Assembly: GCA_963514005.1 (NCBI GenBank)
Contig: OY740791.1
Location: 39,804,001-39,868,000, forward strand
Reading direction: 5' to 3'
Length of the DNA: 64,000 nt
Source: Raja brachyura
Lineage: Eukaryota
Shown: positions 58,701-64,000 of the stretch, piece after piece
How positions within the stretch are numbered: the stretch's first letter is position 1
Layout: every line of letters begins with the position of its first letter
The notes under the pieces: model-generated
Databases searched by the model: none
Seen by the model: only the letters and a program-made list of their open reading frames with translations
Told to the model about the DNA's origin: nothing
Made by a program: the position numbers and the translations under genes

Positions 58701-61700
58701 TTCCTAAGCTATTTAATGTTATAACTAAATTTAGTACATTTTCTGGATATAGAATTAATTGGAATAAAAGTGATATCATGCCTATAACTGGAATAAAATC
58801 AAATATATTACAACAATATCCACTAAAAATAGTTACGGACAAATTTAAATATTTAGGAATTAATGTATCTAAATCCTGTAACTCATTAATTAAATCTAAT
58901 TATCCTTCATTATTAAATAAACTTAGAAAAAATATTCTATATTGGAAAACACTTCCTATATCTATGATTGGTAGAATAAATGCTATAAAAATGTTTTTTT
59001 TGCCACAACTGTTATATTTGTTTCAAGCTATTCCCTTTTATCTCCCGAAAACTTTTTTTTTTTTAATTGATAATATTGTTAATAGTTTTATCTGGGACTA
59101 TAAAAATCATAGAATAAGTAAAAAACATTTATGTAAATCCAAGATAAATGGAGGATTAGCACTTCCAAATTTTTTATATTATTTCTGGGCAGTTCAGATT
59201 AAGAATATGAATTTTTGGTGGGTAAATTTGGAATATGAACCAATGTGGTTAAAGATGGAAAAGGAAGATTGTTTACCTTTTAATGTAGGTTCGATTCTTT
59301 TTGCGCCAAGGGAAGTACAAAAAAAAATTTATAGGGACAACCCTATAATTTATAGTAATAGACGCATTTGGAAACAAATAGTTAAGACTCTACATTTAGA
59401 TAATTTGTCACTTAACCTACCAATTATGAATAACCCTTTATTTAAACCCTCTATATTAGATAGGGGGTTTAGACATTGGGATGATTTAGGAATTAAAAGG
59501 ATAGAACACCTTTACAGAAAGGGAAAATTTCTTTCATTTCAGGAGTTACAAGATATCTATGGATTGTCATCACATAATTTGTTTAGGTATTTACAAATTA
59601 GAGATTATATTGTCAAACACACAAAATTATAAAAATAAAGAACCAGGATTATTAGATGAACTGTTTAATAAGCACCCAAATACAGAAAAATTAATAGCTT
59701 ATATATACAATATTATTTTGGATAGGGAGAATCCAACAGCAGAAATATATCGACAAGCATGGGAAAATGAAATAGGTTTATCTATAACGAAAGAAACTTG
59801 GGAAGAAAGTTTACAACGTATACATCGTTGTTCGTTAAATGCTAGACATACATTGATACAATTTAAAGTATTATATAGATTACATTATTTGAAAACCAAA
59901 TTAAATAGAATTTTTCCTAACATTTCTTCTATTTGTGATAAGTGTCAGAATTTAGAAGCCAATTTAACACATAGTTTTGTAATGTGTTCAAAACTTAATT
60001 ATTATTGGATAGAAATCCTTAGAGTTATCTCTGAAGTTCTTAGAGTTAAACTGGATCCAGATCCAAAGTTAATAATATTAGGAATTCCGGACTCAAAATT
60101 GGTATTAACAGTAAATAAAAGAAATTTCTTTGATTACTGTTTGACAATAGGGAAAAAAATAATATTGAAATTTTGGAAGGGAACATTATCCCCCACAATT
60201 AAAATGTGGACAGCAGAGATGTTGGAGACGTTGCATTTGGAAAGAATTAGATTTGTCCTAATGGACAAATATGAAATCTTTGAACAGATATGGTCTCCAT
60301 ATATACAATATTTGAGGGCGTAGCTGTTCTTGGCATCACAACTCAATGGGTACCTGACAGGATTTGATGAAAATAATTCATTTTCAAACTGGGATTTGTA
60401 TACATGTCACTATTGATATTATCATTTGTAATAGTTTTATTTACAATATATTTTGTTGTTTCTCTTTTATATATATATAATACTTTTTATTGTTTTTAAA
60501 TATATATATAGTAAATAGATATATATTAATTGGTTGAACTTTTTTTTCTTTTTTTTCCTTTCTCTTTTTTTTATATATAATCAAAATCATTATTTAATCA
60601 CAACCTTTGTTGATTTAAAACCTATTCTTTTTACTTTTTCTCTCTATTTCTAAAAAACAGAAGATAATAATAATCAATGTGATATTTGTATAAATACCAA
60701 ATTAAGTTGGTATTTGTAAATTTGTTTTAGCATTGTGAAATGCTTACTTCTAATAAAAATATTATTTAAAAAAAAAGACTGAGCATTGACACCCACCTGG
60801 GTGTATCCCATTGTGAACCACACCATCCCGTCCACCCCTAAACAAATGAGGGTTTTTCCAAAGCTTGGTTAATTTCTGCCAGTAGTGAATCCCCGACGTG
60901 GCATTATACACTAAACTACTGTCTCCCATACCTCTCTCAAGGCACTGCAGCAATTCACTCCCTCACTCCAACAAGAAAACATTTGCAACTTAAAAAAATT
61001 GCTGGCTATTGCACCAGTCACCCTATGCGATGAACCTACTGCAAGCTTTATTCCTCCCCGTCCTCCTGGCCATTATTAAGTTTAATGCCCATACGAGTGG
61101 CCGCGACAAAGTCTTCCAGGGGAATGCCCTGGCTGACATTACTGTCCGCATGACAGCTTATGATTTCTGCACATTGGTCTCCACAGAACCAAAGATTTTA
61201 GTAGACAGAACAGCTCTGCCAGACATGGGTGATGGAAAGTTAATGCAGGGAGGATGCCTCTACCGTGCAACATGATTTTTGGAAATGAGAGGGCTATGCA
61301 GTTGATCCTTTGACGGGCCTCTGGCTCACCCCTCCTATATGAATTTGTGTACCTGATGCTTTTCAGCCCGTTCTATTACACTATATACACTCCCTTACGC
61401 ACGCTGGTAAGGAAGGGAGGGAATGTGGGATGGAGCTTACACTTTGAAGCTTTTAGGAAATGGCCTGTGTCTAGGAGGGTGAGTAGCAACAGCAGACAGA
61501 GAGAGGGTCAAGTGGGATACAAGGGATGCATTTATGAACAAAGTATGAACGTATTTGGGTGTATCAAAGTATCAAGAGTTTGCATGATTTTCTTGAGGTG
61601 AGAGTGAGAAAACTGTTACTTATTTGTGGAATTGGTTCTGGATGAATGTTGAATTACTGTAATACTATAATTCAGATGATATAGAATATCATTGAAAGGG

Positions 61701-63250
61701 CTTGCTCTTTTATATGATAAATCTTTGTAGAGTCTCATGTGGTAGTGTCTCTTTAAGAAGTTGCAGTTATGTGGGGGTGGAACGAATCAGAGTTATTTTC
61801 TTTTCCTTTGTTCTTTGCAAATGCGTTAGCAATCTACATGAAAATTAACCAGTTATTCTTTGTTTTCTCTTAACTTTCAAGATGCAAATATGCAGTTTAT
61901 TTTGTTTTATCGGTGTTTTAAGTTTGTTTTCTTCCTATTTCTAACCTTTTGAATTGAGTTCAAGAAGAGACCTGAATTCCACACTTGCCACGTGGAATCC
62001 AGGTAGAGAGTTAGATGAGATTGGAAATGCCTTTATTTCAGAAAAAAAACCCAGTTAATTTGAAATTGTGAATTTGGGAAGATAGATTGGAACAATTGGG
62101 AATAATGTTTTAATTGTTTTTTCCTCCTAATATGATCGATTTTTAAAGAGTCTGCCTTGTAAGTAGTTAAAGAGTGATCTCACATCCCCCACCATCCGTA
62201 GAGTTCTGGATTAGTGGAGGGAATGAATAGGACACTAAAGAGTTTAAGTAAAGCCATGACCAAGACTGTGCAGGAATGGGTTAAGGTATTCCCAGCCATT
62301 CTGATGGTTCAGAATTACCCCACCTAAAGAGATTGGGTTAACGCCTTTTGAACTGATAGCAGGACAAGCAATGAACCTACCAGAAGATGGCCCACTTTAA
62401 AATGAGGGTGACCCCACGCTACATACCCCCTGGGGTGCGACTAGAATGTGGAATTTAGTTTTGACCTACAGGCCCTCAGTGATTAATTAATTACATACGC
62501 ACAGCAATTAACCCAAACCTTGTCAGAGCGAGACAGGCATTGGAAGCGCAGAAGCCATTACCAGTTGAACACAGGGACAACCCATTCTACCGGGAGACTG
62601 CGTACTGATAGGGTACTGGGATCGGACGAAATTGGGACTGCATTGGAAGGGACTGTACCAGATGCTGCTACGACAACAACCGCCATGAAGATTGAAGATC
62701 ACCCCCGTTGGATACATCTGATTGACTGTAAATGGATCGGAGAAACAAGAAAGGACAATGGGGCTATTGACCCTCCTTTTTATCCTGGGGTTGGCCCAGA
62801 TGGGCTGGACTTGGGGAACAACTCCTGCACCAAGACATCCTCAATGAGGCTGACAACTGTCCTTACATTTATAACACTGACCAGAGGAACACTGACCAAG
62901 ATAGATCCATTTCCACAGTTTCTTGAAACACTTCGGCAACTCAGTTACAGAACTGGATTGAGGTAAATCCCAGCCGGGATCAAAGTGAGGGGCTGAGTTG
63001 GGATGGATCAGGCAGGCAGTTGGCATTGATGGAGGAGAAGAATGCTGCTTTCACACGCTGATGGACAACTTGGGAGCAAAGAACGTCTTTATAGATCAGA
63101 AGGAAGTGCAAAGCATTTGGTCACAACTTTGGAAAGACGAACCACATTTTATCAACAATGTTTAACAAAGCTTCGGATTTGAACTTTCTAAGTCAGAAAC
63201 TAGCAGAAAAGCTGAAGATTAAAGAGCGAGAACAGGAAGAGCTCTCCCTG
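52720..63250 (+). mobile_element. Heavily deleted ERV1/epsilon-like endogenous retrovirus, split by L1 copy 3
   Basis: gag PPPPY (~53842); RT CADDLLVA (~54140) and LVNFC..IPD (~60865); RNase H AIIK.NAH..GNALAD (~61070); IN GLTPFELI (~62335) and TTAMKI..WIH..CK; possible env CC remnant (~63045). LTR limits uncertain. Confidence 0.75.
54640..60775 (+). mobile_element. Full-length L1-clade LINE, copy 3 (ORF1 ~54828-55908; ORF2 56538-60323 with two frameshifts)
   Basis: YADD RT, CCHC and poly-A; 15-bp TSD AGA(A/C)TGAGCATTGAC (54622-54636, 60776-60790). Confidence 0.95.
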
Positions 63251-63294
63251 AGCAACAGCAGGTTGGAGAAAGAGCTGGAAGAGCTGCTCGGTGA

Positions 63295-64000
63295 AATTTT
63301 TGCAAAGTAATTAAAAATAAATAACTGAAATATCACATTTACATAAGTATTCAGACCCGTTACTCAGTACAGGTTGAGGCACCTTTGGCAGTGATTACAG
63401 CATCATGTCGTGGGATGCTACAAGCTTGGCACACCTGTATTTGGGTAATTTCTCCCATTCTTCTCTGCAGATCCTCTCAAGCTCTGTCAGGTTGGACGGG
63501 GAGCGTCGATGCAGAGCAGCTTCAGGTCCCTCCAGAGATGTTTGATCAGGTTCAAGTCCATGCTCACACTGGGCCACTCAAGGACATTCACAGACTTGTC
63601 ACAAAGCCACTCCTGCGTTGTCTTGGCTCCATCTTTTCCTCGATCCTGACTAGTGTCCCAGTTCCTGCCACTGTAAAACATCCCCACAGCATGATGCTGC
63701 CACCACCTTGCTTCACCATAGCTATGGTATTGGCCAGGTGATGAGCGGTGCCTGGATTCCTCCAGACGTGACGCTTGGCATTCAAGCCAAAAAGTTTAAT
63801 CTTGGTTTCATCAGAGCAGAGAATCTTGTTTCTCGTGCCTTTTGCAAACTCCAAGCGGGCTGTCATGTGCCTTTTACTGAGGAGTGGCTTCCGTCTGGCC
63901 ACTCTACCATCAAGGCCTGATTGGTGGAGTGCTGCAGATATAGTTGTCCTTCTGGAAGGTTCTCCCATCTCCACAGAAGAACTCTGGAGCTCTGTCAGAG
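63295..64000 (-). mobile_element. Tc1-family DNA transposon remnant (runs off the window)
   Basis: ARRKPLL, SDETKI, GGGSIMLWGCF and WPS..DLNLI..LW motifs; terminal-repeat motif aagtattcagaccc. Confidence 0.9.

Overview
Repeat-dense vertebrate genomic DNA. The CR1/HER1 LINEs, HE1-type SINEs and Penelope-derived repeats point to a cartilaginous fish, probably a skate (inference). One host gene can be built by hand: a 7-exon, minus-strand TIM-family receptor (HAVCR1/HAVCR2-like; CDS 33950 down to 596; 243 aa) with signal peptide, 6-Cys IgV carrying GLFND, short S/T stalk, TM helix and an EENIY tail. The rest is mostly nested mobile DNA: three L1-clade LINEs, CR1s, a full-length Rex1/Babar, a complete DIRS1-type element inside an L1, a decayed ERV1/epsilon-like provirus, a Tc1, Harbinger and ISL2EU-like MITEs, SINEs and Penelope fragments. 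The most novel signals are RNA-structural. (1) All three diverged L1 copies keep two nested, co-varying long-range helices that join the 5' terminus to the inter-ORF spacer and loop out ORF1, with a conserved pseudoknot-like motif directly downstream. (2) A ~143-nt TSD-flanked retroposon begins at the G1 cleavage site of a minimal HDV-like ribozyme fold. (3) There are several Penelope-type minimal hammerhead motifs, including a core-mutated one in the putative TIM 5' UTR. Coordinates were read by eye, and no activity is demonstrated.
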